A stretch of DNA of 64,000 bases from Candidatus Omnitrophota bacterium (GCA_043812955.1 JBDRLN010000040.1:685-64684); one strand, 5' to 3'; shown: positions 45,451 to 55,866, numbered from the stretch's first letter. The notes: generated from the sequence alone by a model not told the origin. Made by a program: numbers and translations.

Positions 45451-46828
45451 ACTTAAATTTATTTTAGGGTTACTGCGTAAGCCAGGGCAAATTATAGCGA
45501 TCATCGGACTAATATTTACAGTCGGATTTCTCTTTTTTATAAGTTACAGTTTAGGGCTTAATCCGGTCATAATATTATTTTTATTTTCTCTGGTTATTTA
45601 TCTGAGGTTCCTTAGGATTACCCATTTTCTAAAAGGTTACCGGATAATTAACTTGATTTTATTATTAGTGATTATTTTTGTCCTGAGTTATTTTATCACT
45701 AACCTGGGCTGGTCGGTATACTGGATTCCGATTGCCGCGATCACCATGCTGGCTACTTTATTATTCGCTGAACCGGTTGTTTCTTTGTTAATCGCGATTG
45801 GAACGGCAGTTAGCGTAGCCTTTATTGAGAAAGGCGACCTTGGTTTAGGGTCTTTATTTTTAATCAGCGGGATGCTTTCTTCAGTGCTTGTTTTTGGCGC
45901 GCGCAGGCGCAGCGTGATTATCCGCAGCGGTTTTATAATAGGCCTAGTCCAGGCAGGTTCTTTATTACTCATCAACCGCTTTAATCTGATCAACTATACT
46001 GATTATGGCATACTTGTGGCTAACGGAATTTTATGTGGCATAGTTACCTTGGGTTCTTTGACTATATTTGAGTATTTGTTTAATACCATAACCAACGTAA
46101 GTTTATTGGAATTAGCTGATTTTAACCATCCGTTATTAAACCGGATGATATTAGAGGCGCCGGGGACTTATCATCACTCGCTTATTGTCGGTAATTTATC
46201 CGAGGCTGCCTGCGCCGCTATAGGGGCAAATTCATTATTAGCCAGGGTAGGGGCTTATTATCATGACTTGGGAAAACTCCAAAAGCCGGAGTATTTTAGC
46301 GAGAATCAGGCCTTGAACGGGAATAAACATGAGAGCCTTTCTGCGACCATGAGTAAACTAATAATTATTAATCATGTCAAGGAAGGCATTGATTTAGCCC
46401 GGGAATACAATATCAACCCCCGTTTAATCGATTTTATTCAGCAGCATCACGGCACCAGCTTAGTTTATTATTTTTATAAGAAGGCGGTGGAGACTTTAGA
46501 GGAGGATCAGGAAGTTAAAGAGGAGGGTTTTCGTTATGCCGGTCCAAAGCCGAATACCAAAGAAACCGCCGTAGTCCTTTTGGCTGATTCTGTAGAGGCC
46601 GCCACCCGGGCCTTAAAAGAACCCAGCGCGGCAAAAATCGAAGAGGTAGTGCATAAAATTATTAATAATAAGTTTATTGACGGCCAGCTTGATAAATGTG
46701 ACCTGACCTTAAAGGATTTGGAAAAAATATCGGGCCTATTCATCCATATATTAAGCGGCATATACCATACGCGGGTCAGTTATCCTGATGAAGAAACCGA
46801 TAGTAGTAATAAAAAATCTCCAAAATAG
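45425..46828 (+). CDS. 7TM-HD phosphohydrolase (PgpH-like)
   Basis: Multiple TM helices, APGTYHHS, YYHDLGK, HHGT, LADSVEAA. Confidence 0.9.
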   Translation: MKKPVATIKLKFILGLLRKPGQIIAIIGLIFTVGFLFFISYSLGLNPVIILFLFSLVIYLRFLRITHFLKGYRIINLILLLVIIFVLSYFITNLGWSVYWIPIAAITMLATLLFAEPVVSLLIAIGTAVSVAFIEKGDLGLGSLFLISGMLSSVLVFGARRRSVIIRSGFIIGLVQAGSLLLINRFNLINYTDYGILVANGILCGIVTLGSLTIFEYLFNTITNVSLLELADFNHPLLNRMILEAPGTYHHSLIVGNLSEAACAAIGANSLLARVGAYYHDLGKLQKPEYFSENQALNGNKHESLSATMSKLIIINHVKEGIDLAREYNINPRLIDFIQQHHGTSLVYYFYKKAVETLEEDQEVKEEGFRYAGPKPNTKETAVVLLADSVEAATRALKEPSAAKIEEVVHKIINNKFIDGQLDKCDLTLKDLEKISGLFIHILSGIYHTRVSYPDEETDSSNKKSPK

Positions 46829-47234
46829 GATCTCCTTATACCCTCAGAATATAAAAAAAATAGTTTATAAAACACTATTCCTAAAATCTTTAAATAAAAT
46901 AGGCCAGGTGAGTATATGCCTGGTGGACGATAGATTAATTAAAGAGCTTAATCGTAAGTATCTGGGTAAGGATTATCCAACTGATGTCCTGTCTTTTGAT
47001 TTGAGCTTAAGAAAAGGCGATATTTCCTGCGAGATAGTAGTTTCTTGCGACAGGGCTTTTTATAACTCCAGGATTTATAAGACATCTGCCGTTTATGAAA
47101 CCTATCTATACCTGATTCACGGCCTTCTGCATATTCTAGGTTATGATGACCGGACCAAAGTAGAAGGGAGATTAATGCAGGAAAAAGCCGAAAAAATACT
47201 TTTAGAGCTCAAAGTCGGTCATTTTAAATCTTAA
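46788..47234 (+). CDS. ybeY: rRNA maturation endoribonuclease
   Basis: PTDVLSF, HGLLHILGYD. Confidence 0.9.
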   Translation: MKKPIVVIKNLQNRISLYPQNIKKIVYKTLFLKSLNKIGQVSICLVDDRLIKELNRKYLGKDYPTDVLSFDLSLRKGDISCEIVVSCDRAFYNSRIYKTSAVYETYLYLIHGLLHILGYDDRTKVEGRLMQEKAEKILLELKVGHFKS

Positions 47235-47268
47235 CTCTTGAATCTTAATTCTTAACTCTTAACCCTGA
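47227..47268 (+). repeat. A(A/C/T)TCTTA heptamer tract
   Basis: AATCTTA ACTCTTG AATCTTA ATTCTTA ACTCTTA; complementary family at 60411. Confidence 0.7.
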
Positions 47269-47274
47269 AATATT

Positions 47275-48042
47275 ATGCCTATACACAAAGCCGAAGCAAT
47301 AGTCTTAAATAAGCGCGATTTTCGCGAAACTTCATTAATAGTTAATTTCTATACCCGGGAATTCGGGAAATTATCCGGTATATTAAAAGGTATCAGAAAA
47401 GAGCCGAATAAGTTTGCTAGCTCCCTAGAGCTTTTTTCGCTCAATGACATAGTATTTTATAAACATAGCACTACTACTTTACACCTGGTCAGCCAGTGCG
47501 ACCTGAAGAATAATTTTATTCCCCTCCGGCAAAATATGTTTAAGGTGGGCATGGCCAACATAGTCCTGGAGTTGATTGACGCTGTAATGCAGCCAGATGA
47601 CCGGAATGAGGATATATTTAATTTAGGGTTGGATACTCTGTCCGGATTGGTTTCTAGTAATAATCCGGACAAGATTACTACTATCTTTAAAATAAAAATG
47701 CTCTCTCTGTCGGGTTTTAAACCGAATCTGGATTCCTGCGTCATATGCGCGAATAAAATCCTAGGTGAGTCTAAATTCAGCCTTAAATTAGGCGGGTTGC
47801 TTTGTTTAAAATGCGCCCCTAAGGATTTGAATTCCCGGGCGATATTCAGAGGAACGATAGCCACGATATTACATATTGAAAAAAATGATTTTAAGGTTAA
47901 TCTAAACCTAGGGATCAATCCTCAGATTAAGAGAGAGCTGGATCTGGTATTGAATTCCTTTCTTAATTATCATCTGGAGAAAGAGCTCAAGTCTCAGAAG
48001 GTATTGAATAAGATTGAGAATTTTATCCCAGCAATCAGATAA
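47275..48042 (+). CDS. recO: DNA repair protein RecO
   Basis: EAIVL..DFRETS..FYTREFGK..KG, GFKP..CVIC..GGLLCLKC. Confidence 0.92.
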   Translation: MPIHKAEAIVLNKRDFRETSLIVNFYTREFGKLSGILKGIRKEPNKFASSLELFSLNDIVFYKHSTTTLHLVSQCDLKNNFIPLRQNMFKVGMANIVLELIDAVMQPDDRNEDIFNLGLDTLSGLVSSNNPDKITTIFKIKMLSLSGFKPNLDSCVICANKILGESKFSLKLGGLLCLKCAPKDLNSRAIFRGTIATILHIEKNDFKVNLNLGINPQIKRELDLVLNSFLNYHLEKELKSQKVLNKIENFIPAIR

Positions 48043-48053
48043 ATTAACAACCA

Positions 48054-48214
48054 CTAGGGGTCAGGTCCCTTTGATATAACCAATTGCAAGATATGTTGTT
48101 ACAAACAGCCACTTTGCACTTTTTTTATATTAGTCATATCTAATAAAAGTGATAATTGACTAGTCAGAACTTATTGTATCATATAGTGTTGGAGTAAGGG
48201 GACCTGGTCCCCAG
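48054..48214. mobile_element. MITE-like element with GGGGTCAGGTCCC-type ends
   Basis: CTAGGGGTCAGGTCCCTT left, AAGGGGACCTGGTCCCCAG right, AT-rich non-coding interior. Confidence 0.6.
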
Positions 48215-48245
48215 TTTGGTCCCCAGTTTACTAATGGAGGCGCGG

Positions 48246-49181
48246 ATGAAAATAGGCATAGTCGGGCCCGGGGCAATGGGATGTTTATTCGCCGCCTATT
48301 TATCCAAGGCTGGCGCGGATGCGGATATCTGCTTAATAGATAACGATAAGGAAAGGGCTGCGAAAATCAGCCAGCAGGGTATATTAGTTGAAGGTATCTC
48401 CGGAAATTGGCAGGCTAATGTCAAGGTTACTGCTGATATACAGCAATTGGGTTTTTTAGATTTGATAATCTTTTGCGTAAAATCATATGATACTAAAATA
48501 GTCGCAGCCCATATCAAGCCTTTGGTAGGCGTTAATACCCTGGTGCTTACCCTGCAGAATGGAATCGGAAATATAGAAATTATCAGCGAGATTATCGGCC
48601 AGGATAAAGTGATCGCGGGTGTTACTAATCTCGGCTCAACCTTAATTAGCGATGGCCATATAAGGCATGCGGGCCTGGGAGAGACTTTGATCGGCAGGCT
48701 GGATGGAAAGCTGCCTGCCCAGATGCGCTCTTTAAGGGAGATTTTTAACCGGGTGGGTTTGGATGCCCGGATATCCCGGGATATAAAAAGCTGGTTATGG
48801 TCAAAGCTAGTGATTAATGCCGGCATAAATCCTCTTAGCGCCATAACTCGGTTAAATAATGGGCATTTGGTGGAGATAGAGACTGTGCGCAAGATAATGC
48901 GCGAGGCAGTTACAGAGGCCCTAAAAGTAATCAAGCGAAAAAGGATTAAGCTTATTTTTGATGATCCCTTAGCTAAGGTAGAAGCAGTATGCGAGGCAAC
49001 GGCAAATAATGTATCCTCGATGCTTCAGGATGTCTTAAGGAGCAAGCGCACCGAGATAGATTTTATTAACGGGGTAATTGTGCGCTTGGGCCAAGAGTTA
49101 GGGGTTTTAGTTCCGGTTAATTCACTTTTGGTTGACTTGGTTAAAACCATTGAAACAAGCTACCGCTTGCATTTAAAATGA
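48246..49181 (+). CDS. panE: 2-dehydropantoate 2-reductase
   Basis: GPGAMG, VKSYD, LQNG, WSKL.IN..INP, SSMLQD, TEIDFING. Confidence 0.93.
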   Translation: MKIGIVGPGAMGCLFAAYLSKAGADADICLIDNDKERAAKISQQGILVEGISGNWQANVKVTADIQQLGFLDLIIFCVKSYDTKIVAAHIKPLVGVNTLVLTLQNGIGNIEIISEIIGQDKVIAGVTNLGSTLISDGHIRHAGLGETLIGRLDGKLPAQMRSLREIFNRVGLDARISRDIKSWLWSKLVINAGINPLSAITRLNNGHLVEIETVRKIMREAVTEALKVIKRKRIKLIFDDPLAKVEAVCEATANNVSSMLQDVLRSKRTEIDFINGVIVRLGQELGVLVPVNSLLVDLVKTIETSYRLHLK

Positions 49182-49561
49182 ACTTATTGCCCGGGAAAAA
49201 TATTTTAGTTATTGACGATAATATAAATAACAGCGATGTGCTAAAATTGTGTTTAGAAGATGCGGGCTATAGAGTATTTATCGTGGCCAGCGCACTCCAT
49301 GGCCTGGAAAAAATTAAGACTGAGAAAATAGATTTAATTATTTCAGATTTAGCCTTGCCGGGCCTGGATGGATTCGGGTTATTGACTATACTTAAGAGTG
49401 ATCCTCTGACTAAAGAAATACCGGTTTTAATCCTGACTAACAGGGATTCCAGGAGCGAGCTAGAGGAAGCGTTAAAATTAGGGGCAGTTGATTGTGTAGT
49501 AAGATATAGAAATCCCCCGGCAGCACTTTTGAAAATCGTAAACACGATCCTGAACATTTAA
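49178..49561 (+). CDS. Single-domain response regulator (conserved Lys appears replaced by Arg)
   Basis: VIDD, IISD.ALPGLDG, ILTN, DCVVR. Confidence 0.88.
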   Translation: MNLLPGKNILVIDDNINNSDVLKLCLEDAGYRVFIVASALHGLEKIKTEKIDLIISDLALPGLDGFGLLTILKSDPLTKEIPVLILTNRDSRSELEEALKLGAVDCVVRYRNPPAALLKIVNTILNI

Positions 49562-49577
49562 AAAAAAGGAGGATACG

Positions 49578-49949
49578 ATGGCCAAAATAATTATGATAAT
49601 AGATGATAGTCCTCTCAGTCGGGAGATGAATCGGGTAAATTTGGTAAAGGCGGGTTATCAGGTAATTCTGGCCGAGGATGGCCTGCAGGCCATCGCTAAA
49701 TTAAAGGCAGATAATAATGTCGATCTAATTATTATGGACCTGGTGTTTTCGGGTTTGGATGGGATTAGCGTTCTTTCTGTTATTAGGGATGAGCTGGGGT
49801 TAAATAATATGCCAGTAATAATTTTTACCAACAGTGAAGATGAGGCGGATAAACAGGCGGCATTTAAATTAGGGGTGATAGAGTATATGGTTAAACATAA
49901 AGTATCCACAGATAGCCTGGTAAAATATATTAAGCAGTTGATACATTAG
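49578..49949 (+). CDS. Single-domain response regulator
   Basis: IDDS, IIMD, FTNS, YMVK. Confidence 0.88.
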   Translation: MAKIIMIIDDSPLSREMNRVNLVKAGYQVILAEDGLQAIAKLKADNNVDLIIMDLVFSGLDGISVLSVIRDELGLNNMPVIIFTNSEDEADKQAAFKLGVIEYMVKHKVSTDSLVKYIKQLIH

Positions 49950-50046
49950 ATCTTTATATTTCTCTTATTCATTATCTTCTTCAGTGGTTGTTCCTATTTC
50001 CCCAGGCAGAACTTTTGAAAATCGTAAACACGATTCTGAGCGCCAA

Positions 50047-50988
50047 ATGAAATTTATTAATTTCAAAAAATCCCTGACCCGACCTACTACCTACTATCTA
50101 CTATCTACTGTTTTGTTCTGCGGTTGTTCTTCCCCTCATCTTTATAAAGAGAACAGGATTTTGCTGGGTACTTTTGTTGAAGTAACCTCTCCTTATAAGG
50201 AAGCAGCGAATACTGCTTTTGAGGAAATATCTAGAATTGAAAAGTTATTGAGTAAATATGACCCGGAGAGCGAAATATCCAGGTTAAATAGATCCGGCGA
50301 ATTGGCTGTCAGCGACGATACATTATATATTTTAAAGAAGGCCGAGGAATTTTGGAAGCTTACTGACGGAATTTTTGACGTAACTGTTGGACCGTTAATG
50401 GACCTCTGGGGTTTTAGCGATAAAAAATATATTCTGCCTAATCCTGAGGATATCCAAAAAACACTGGAAGGGGTTGGTTTTGATAAAATAATTTTTAATA
50501 ATCAAAATAATGTGATAAAATACAAAACTTCCGGAGTAAAAATTGACCTGGGCGGGATTGCCAAGGGCTTTGCTATTGAGATGGCCGTAAAGAGGTTAAA
50601 AGAAAAAGGAATAACCAGCTGCCTGATTAATGCCGGCGGTCAGGTTTATTGCCTGGGAGATAATTCCGGGAGGCCCTGGAGAGTGGGCATAAAGAATCCG
50701 CGCAAACCGGGTATTGTTGATTATCTAGAATTAAAAGATAAAGCGGTATCTACCTCCGGGGATTATGAGCAGTATTTTATTGTAAATGGCAGGCGTTTTA
50801 CTCATATAATTAATCCTGAAACAGGCTATCCTGTTGACGCCGGGATTATATCAGTAACCGTAATTGCCGATGATTCTACAATTGCGGATTGCCTATCTAC
50901 ATCTATTTTTGTCTTGGGTAAAGCTAAGGGTTTAGAACTGGCCAAGGCAATAGCGAATGTCCAGGTAAAGGTGGTAAGCGAGAGATGA
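50047..50988 (+). CDS. apbE: FAD:protein FMN transferase lipoprotein
   Basis: FCGC lipobox, FDVTVGPL, DLGGIAKG, STSGDYE, HIINP.TG. Confidence 0.93.
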   Translation: MKFINFKKSLTRPTTYYLLSTVLFCGCSSPHLYKENRILLGTFVEVTSPYKEAANTAFEEISRIEKLLSKYDPESEISRLNRSGELAVSDDTLYILKKAEEFWKLTDGIFDVTVGPLMDLWGFSDKKYILPNPEDIQKTLEGVGFDKIIFNNQNNVIKYKTSGVKIDLGGIAKGFAIEMAVKRLKEKGITSCLINAGGQVYCLGDNSGRPWRVGIKNPRKPGIVDYLELKDKAVSTSGDYEQYFIVNGRRFTHIINPETGYPVDAGIISVTVIADDSTIADCLSTSIFVLGKAKGLELAKAIANVQVKVVSER

Positions 50989-52304
50989 GCGTTAATTTTA
51001 ATCCGATGTTTGTTTATTTCTCCCAGCTTTTGGATAAACCGGTCATTGATTCTAGCGGCCAGGAAGTGGGAGCATTGTATGATATAATAGTAAAGGCTAC
51101 GGAGGTTTATCCTCAGTCCTCGCATCTGATAATCCGCAAGGGGTCAATAAATCATCAATACGCGGTAGTGCCTTGGGCTAATGTAGCTGAGAGGGACAAT
51201 AAAGAAATAAGGCTTAATATTGGCGCCAGCGGGATCGTTTTTACTGAACATCACGATAATAAAGAAGAGCTTACATTACGCCGGGATATATTGGATCAGC
51301 AGGTGGTAGATACTTATAACCATAAAGCTATCCGGGTCAATGATATTCATCTTCTAGCAGTAGACCATTCTTTAATGATTGCCCATGTGGATATCAGCCT
51401 AAGAGGGTTATTCCGGCGTTTGGGATTTGAAGGAATCGCTGATTTTCTGGTAGGCCTATTTAATAAAAATGCCGGTTATCTTAAAACCGAGCATTTAATT
51501 TCTTGGAAGCATATCCAGCCCTTATCAGTCAATCCGGTAAGCAAGACTATTAAAGTTAATTTTCCGCAAAAGAAATTAAATTCCATCCCTGCCGCTGACC
51601 TGGGCGAGATTTTCCTGGATTTAAATATTAAGGATCAGATGGTATTATTTAAGTCCCTGGATTTAAATACCCGGGCTAAGATTTTTCTGGGAATCGATTT
51701 TAAATACCAAAGGTCATTGATCGAGGAATTACCGGATAATGATGTAGCTGCTATTTTAAACGCTATCCCTACCGATGAGGCCACAGATTTCCTGGAAAAA
51801 TTACCTAAGGACCAGGTTAACCGTTTCTTAGGGATAATGGAGAACAAACAGGCTAAAAAGCTTTCGCAATTATTAGGTTATTCCAGCGATTCTGCCGGGG
51901 GGCTTATGACCGCTGATTTTTTATCGGTGTTTAGGGATATGCCGGTAGAGGCGGTATTGGCCCAGATCAGGGAGAGGGCATTTAAGGTGGAACCTGCTCA
52001 ATTTGTATATATCGTTGATGAAAATAATAGGTTGGTCGGCGCGACTAATTTCAGGAGACTTATAATAGCCAATCCGGCTGATCCGGTATCTAAAACAACT
52101 TTTGCCAAGACTTATTTTGTGAATCTAAACTCTAGCGTAAAAGAAGTGGCTTATTTAATGGAGAAGTATAAATATTACGCGATCCCCGTAGTTGACGATA
52201 ATAATTCCCTGCAGGGGATTATTACGGTTGATGATATACTCAGTCAGGTTATTTCTATCGCCTGGCGCAGGCTCAAAAAAATAAAAGTTTTACCAAAGCA
52301 ATGA
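50985..52304 (+). CDS. PRC-barrel + MgtE N-domain + CBS protein (no membrane domain)
   Basis: DILDQQVVD..RVND, ADLGEI, Y..DSAGGLMT, GIITVDD. Confidence 0.85.
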   Translation: MSVNFNPMFVYFSQLLDKPVIDSSGQEVGALYDIIVKATEVYPQSSHLIIRKGSINHQYAVVPWANVAERDNKEIRLNIGASGIVFTEHHDNKEELTLRRDILDQQVVDTYNHKAIRVNDIHLLAVDHSLMIAHVDISLRGLFRRLGFEGIADFLVGLFNKNAGYLKTEHLISWKHIQPLSVNPVSKTIKVNFPQKKLNSIPAADLGEIFLDLNIKDQMVLFKSLDLNTRAKIFLGIDFKYQRSLIEELPDNDVAAILNAIPTDEATDFLEKLPKDQVNRFLGIMENKQAKKLSQLLGYSSDSAGGLMTADFLSVFRDMPVEAVLAQIRERAFKVEPAQFVYIVDENNRLVGATNFRRLIIANPADPVSKTTFAKTYFVNLNSSVKEVAYLMEKYKYYAIPVVDDNNSLQGIITVDDILSQVISIAWRRLKKIKVLPKQ

Positions 52305-52334
52305 TCCGGACAGCAAATATTTTTTCTTAAAAGG

Positions 52335-52362
52335 AGTAGGGGAGGTTTAAACCTCCCCTACT
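52335..52362. repeat. GTAG-type REP, perfect 28-bp palindrome
   Basis: AGTAGGGGAGGTTTAAACCTCCCCTACT. Confidence 0.85.
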
Positions 52363-52396
52363 ATGGTGAATAAAATAGTCCAACCGAAACAATAAT

Positions 52397-53635
52397 ATGA
52401 ATAAGCTAAAGAAATATTGGAGAGAGCTGCTGATCTTTCTGTCCATAATGGGCCCGGGTATTATTACCGCTAATGTGGATAATGATGCCGGAGGCATCAC
52501 TACTTATTCCGTAGCCGGAGCCCATTTTGGGTATTCGCTGATCTGGTCTTTTGTCCCTATTATTATAGCCCTGATTATTATTCAGGAGATGTGCAGCCGC
52601 ATGGCTGTAGTAACCGGAAAAGGCTTGGCCGATTTGATCCGCGAAGAGTTCGGGGTCAGGGTTACCTTTTACGCTATGACTGTTTTGGTATTTTCGAATA
52701 TTTTTAATACTATATCCGAATTTGCCGGCATTGCCGCGGCGTCCGAGCTTTTTGGGATGAGTAAATATGCCTTGGTACCGGCCTGCGCGATATTTGTCTG
52801 GTGGCTAATAGTCAAGGGGACCTACAAAACAGTGGAAAAGGTTTTTTTAGCCGCCTGCCTTTTTTACCTGTCCTACATCTTTTCCGGATTTTTATCTAAT
52901 CCTGACTGGAATGAGGTGGTGGCTAGTTCTCTAAAACCCAGCATAAAATTTGATAAGGCTTATCTATTTATGCTCATGGGGATCATCGGGACCACTATCG
53001 CTCCCTGGATGCAATTTTACCAGCAGTCGTCAGTAGTGGAAAAGGAGATCAAACTAAAAAATTATAAGTATAGCAAAATGGATGTGATCATTGGTTCGTT
53101 TGTGGTGAATATCGTCGCTATTTTTATAGTGGTAGTCTGCGCCAATACCCTTTTTAAACACGGGATAAGGATAGATTCGGCTAAGGACGCGGCTTTGGCC
53201 CTTAAGCCCCTGGCCGGTAAATATTGTTTTTATCTTTTTGCCTTCGGGCTCTTAAACGCCTCAGTATTCTCGGCTTGTATCCTGCCGTTATCTACCGCTT
53301 ATTCGGTTTGCGAGGGCATGGGTTGGGAGGTAGGAGTGAATCGGCGTTTTCGAGAGGCGCCGCAATTTTATACTCTTTATACCGCAGTGATAATTATCGG
53401 GGCGGCGGTAATCCTGCTGCCGAATGTTCCGCTGATTACTGTTATGCTTATCTCCCAGGTGACCAACGGGCTTTTACTTCCTTTTGTTTTGATTTTCATG
53501 CTGCTGCTGGTTAATAATAAGCGCTTGATGGGTAACTATACAAATTCCCGGGTCTACAATATAATAGCCATAACTACAGTTGTTTTAATGATCGTGTTAT
53601 CGATAATGTTGATAGTTAGTTATTTTATCCATTAA
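52397..53635 (+). CDS. Nramp-related divalent cation (probably Mg2+) transporter
   Basis: GPGIITANVDNDAGGITTY, QEM..R...TGKG, GTTIAPW. Confidence 0.88.
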   Translation: MNKLKKYWRELLIFLSIMGPGIITANVDNDAGGITTYSVAGAHFGYSLIWSFVPIIIALIIIQEMCSRMAVVTGKGLADLIREEFGVRVTFYAMTVLVFSNIFNTISEFAGIAAASELFGMSKYALVPACAIFVWWLIVKGTYKTVEKVFLAACLFYLSYIFSGFLSNPDWNEVVASSLKPSIKFDKAYLFMLMGIIGTTIAPWMQFYQQSSVVEKEIKLKNYKYSKMDVIIGSFVVNIVAIFIVVVCANTLFKHGIRIDSAKDAALALKPLAGKYCFYLFAFGLLNASVFSACILPLSTAYSVCEGMGWEVGVNRRFREAPQFYTLYTAVIIIGAAVILLPNVPLITVMLISQVTNGLLLPFVLIFMLLLVNNKRLMGNYTNSRVYNIIAITTVVLMIVLSIMLIVSYFIH

Positions 53636-53637
53636 TA

Positions 53638-54483
53638 ATGAGCAAAATTACTCCTCAGGATATTTTAGGATTAAAGGGTAAGCGTAAAATTACTATGCTT
53701 ACCGCGTATGATTATCCTTTAGCTTTTTTGATTGATAAAGCAGGTATTGATATTATCCTGGTTGGTGATTCTCTGGCTAACGTGGTTTTAGGTTTAGAGT
53801 CTACCAAAGAAGTCGGGATGTCCGAGATGATTTATCATTCTAAGGCTGTTTCCCGGGCAGTTAAACAGGCCTTGCTGGTAGGGGATATGCCTTATGAATC
53901 TTACCAGGTAAATCCCGCAGAATCAGTTAATAATGCCTTAAGGTTTATTAATGAAGCTAAATGCGCTGCTGTAAAGCTGGAATGGTTTGACCAGTGTTTA
54001 GAAGTAACTGAAAAGATTATTAAATCCGGGATACCGGTAATGGGCCATATCGGGCTTACTCCTCAGACCGCGGATAAACTGGGCGGGTTTAAGGTTCAGG
54101 GCAAAGACGCGCAGGCCGCTAAGAAGTTAATCCAGCAGGCTAAAGATCTTCAAGGATTAGGTTGTTTTTCTATAGTCTTAGAATGTGTTCCGGACCGGAT
54201 AGCCCAAATCATTACCAAGGAACTTAAGATTCCTACTATTGGCATCGGGGCAGGTTTATTCTGCGATGGCCAAGTGCTGGTATCTCACGATATGCTCGGG
54301 CTATTTGATAGGTATAAACCGAAATTCGTTAAGCAATATGTGAATTTATCGGAAAGCATTTTGCAGGCGATAGAGGAATATAAGAGCGAGGTTATAAATA
54401 GCAAATTCCCGGATAAAGAACATAGTTTCAGTATTAGCCAGGAAGAGTTGGATAAGTTAAAGACTGATTTGTCCACCCCGTAG
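53638..54483 (+). CDS. panB: Ketopantoate hydroxymethyltransferase
   Basis: MLTAYD, LVGDSL, GHIGLTPQ, IGIGAG..CDGQVLV. Confidence 0.96.
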   Translation: MSKITPQDILGLKGKRKITMLTAYDYPLAFLIDKAGIDIILVGDSLANVVLGLESTKEVGMSEMIYHSKAVSRAVKQALLVGDMPYESYQVNPAESVNNALRFINEAKCAAVKLEWFDQCLEVTEKIIKSGIPVMGHIGLTPQTADKLGGFKVQGKDAQAAKKLIQQAKDLQGLGCFSIVLECVPDRIAQIITKELKIPTIGIGAGLFCDGQVLVSHDMLGLFDRYKPKFVKQYVNLSESILQAIEEYKSEVINSKFPDKEHSFSISQEELDKLKTDLSTP

Positions 54484-54509
54484 GTGGAGTCCACCTACGG
54501 GGTGGACAA
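54469..54509. repeat. TCCACCCCGTAGGTGGA inverted doublet supplying the panB stop
   Basis: Perfect 20-bp arms around a single G. Confidence 0.85.
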
Positions 54510-54559
54510 GGGGATAGGGATTGACAAGCCTGCCAATCTATGTTAAAAATAATAACTCT

Positions 54560-55861
54560 ATGAGCGATTTAATGGAAAAAATTGTTTCTTTGTGTAAGCG
54601 CCGGGGGTTGATTTTTCAGTCTTCTGAGATTTACGGCGGTTTAGCCAATACCTGGGATTACGGCCCTTTCGGCATCGAATTAAAGAATAATATTAAGTTC
54701 GCCTGGTGGAAGGCCAACGTCCATAATAGGTATGATATATTGGGTATGGATGCTTCTATACTTATGCATCCTAAGGTCTGGGAGGCTTCCGGCCATGTCC
54801 AGAATTTTTACGACCTGAAGAGCGACTGCAAGTCCTGTAAAAAACGTTTTAAAACCGCTGATCTGAAAAACAAACTTAAGTGCCCGGAGTGCGGTTCGGA
54901 ATTAACTGAGGGCCGGCAGTTTAATCTGATGTTTGAAACTCATCAGGGAGCTGTTGACGCAGAAGCGGATTTAATTTACCTCAGGCCGGAAACAGCCCAG
55001 GGGATGTTGGTAAATTTTGCCAATATCCTGGACTCCCGTCATCCCAAACTACCGTTTGGCCTGGCCCAGATCGGAAAATCATTTCGCAATGAAATAACCC
55101 CGGGTAATTTTATCTTCCGGACCCGGGAATTTGAACAGATGGAGATAGAATATTTTGTCCGGCCGCAGGATGCGGATAAGTATTATCAATCCTGGGTTGA
55201 AGAGAGGTTTAACTGGTATATCGGTTTAGGAATTAAAAAAGAGAATATCCGCAAGCGCGAACATGGCCAAGATGAGCTGGCGCATTATGCCCTGGCTTGC
55301 ACAGATATTGAATATAATTTTCCGATAGGCTGGTCAGAGCTGGAAGGCATTGCCAACCGCAGTGATTTTGACTTAAAGCAGCATTCCCAATTTAGCGGAA
55401 AAGAATTGAAATATTTTGACGAAACAACCAAAGAGAAATTTTATCCTTTTATCATTGAGCCTTCTGCGGGAGTAGATAGAAGTTTGTTGGCGTTTTTAGT
55501 TGATGCCTATCACGAGGAAAAAGTCAAAGAGGACACCCGGGTAGTTTTAAAATTAAATAAAGGGCTGGCTCCGGTAAAAGCGGCAGTGCTGCCGTTATTA
55601 AAGAACCGCAGCCCAATCGTGGAATTGGCTAAAAAAATAGCCGGGGATCTAAAAAAGGATGTTTACGCGGTTTATGATGATACCGCGGCTATCGGAAAGT
55701 TGTACCGCCGGCAAGATGAAGTAGGCACTCCTTATTGTATTACGGTTGACGTGCAGTCTTTAGAGGACCAGCAGGTAACAGTCCGGGACAGGAATACAAT
55801 GTTGCAGGAACGCATTAGGGTAGACAGAGTCAAAGAATATATTTTAGGTAAATTAAAATAA
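54560..55861 (+). CDS. glyQS: Glycine-tRNA ligase, alpha2 type
   Basis: YLRPETAQG, GKSFRNEI, REFEQME, IEPSAG.DR; the TTG at 54521 is better read as a -35 box. Confidence 0.95.
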   Translation: MSDLMEKIVSLCKRRGLIFQSSEIYGGLANTWDYGPFGIELKNNIKFAWWKANVHNRYDILGMDASILMHPKVWEASGHVQNFYDLKSDCKSCKKRFKTADLKNKLKCPECGSELTEGRQFNLMFETHQGAVDAEADLIYLRPETAQGMLVNFANILDSRHPKLPFGLAQIGKSFRNEITPGNFIFRTREFEQMEIEYFVRPQDADKYYQSWVEERFNWYIGLGIKKENIRKREHGQDELAHYALACTDIEYNFPIGWSELEGIANRSDFDLKQHSQFSGKELKYFDETTKEKFYPFIIEPSAGVDRSLLAFLVDAYHEEKVKEDTRVVLKLNKGLAPVKAAVLPLLKNRSPIVELAKKIAGDLKKDVYAVYDDTAAIGKLYRRQDEVGTPYCITVDVQSLEDQQVTVRDRNTMLQERIRVDRVKEYILGKLK

Positions 55862-55866
55862 AACTT

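Noticed and set aside
48296-48934. Long minus-strand ORFs (also 13136-13642, 47457-47918, 59250-59669 and others)
   Set aside because: Antisense shadows of well-supported + strand genes, with no motifs
49947-50018. Amber read-through extension of the response regulator
   Set aside because: No pyl machinery is seen and TAG is an ordinary stop in many genes here; a signal-peptide remnant is simpler
54484-54559. T-box leader before glyQS (or hisS)
   Set aside because: The spacer is too short and filled by a repeat and promoter; no T-box consensus
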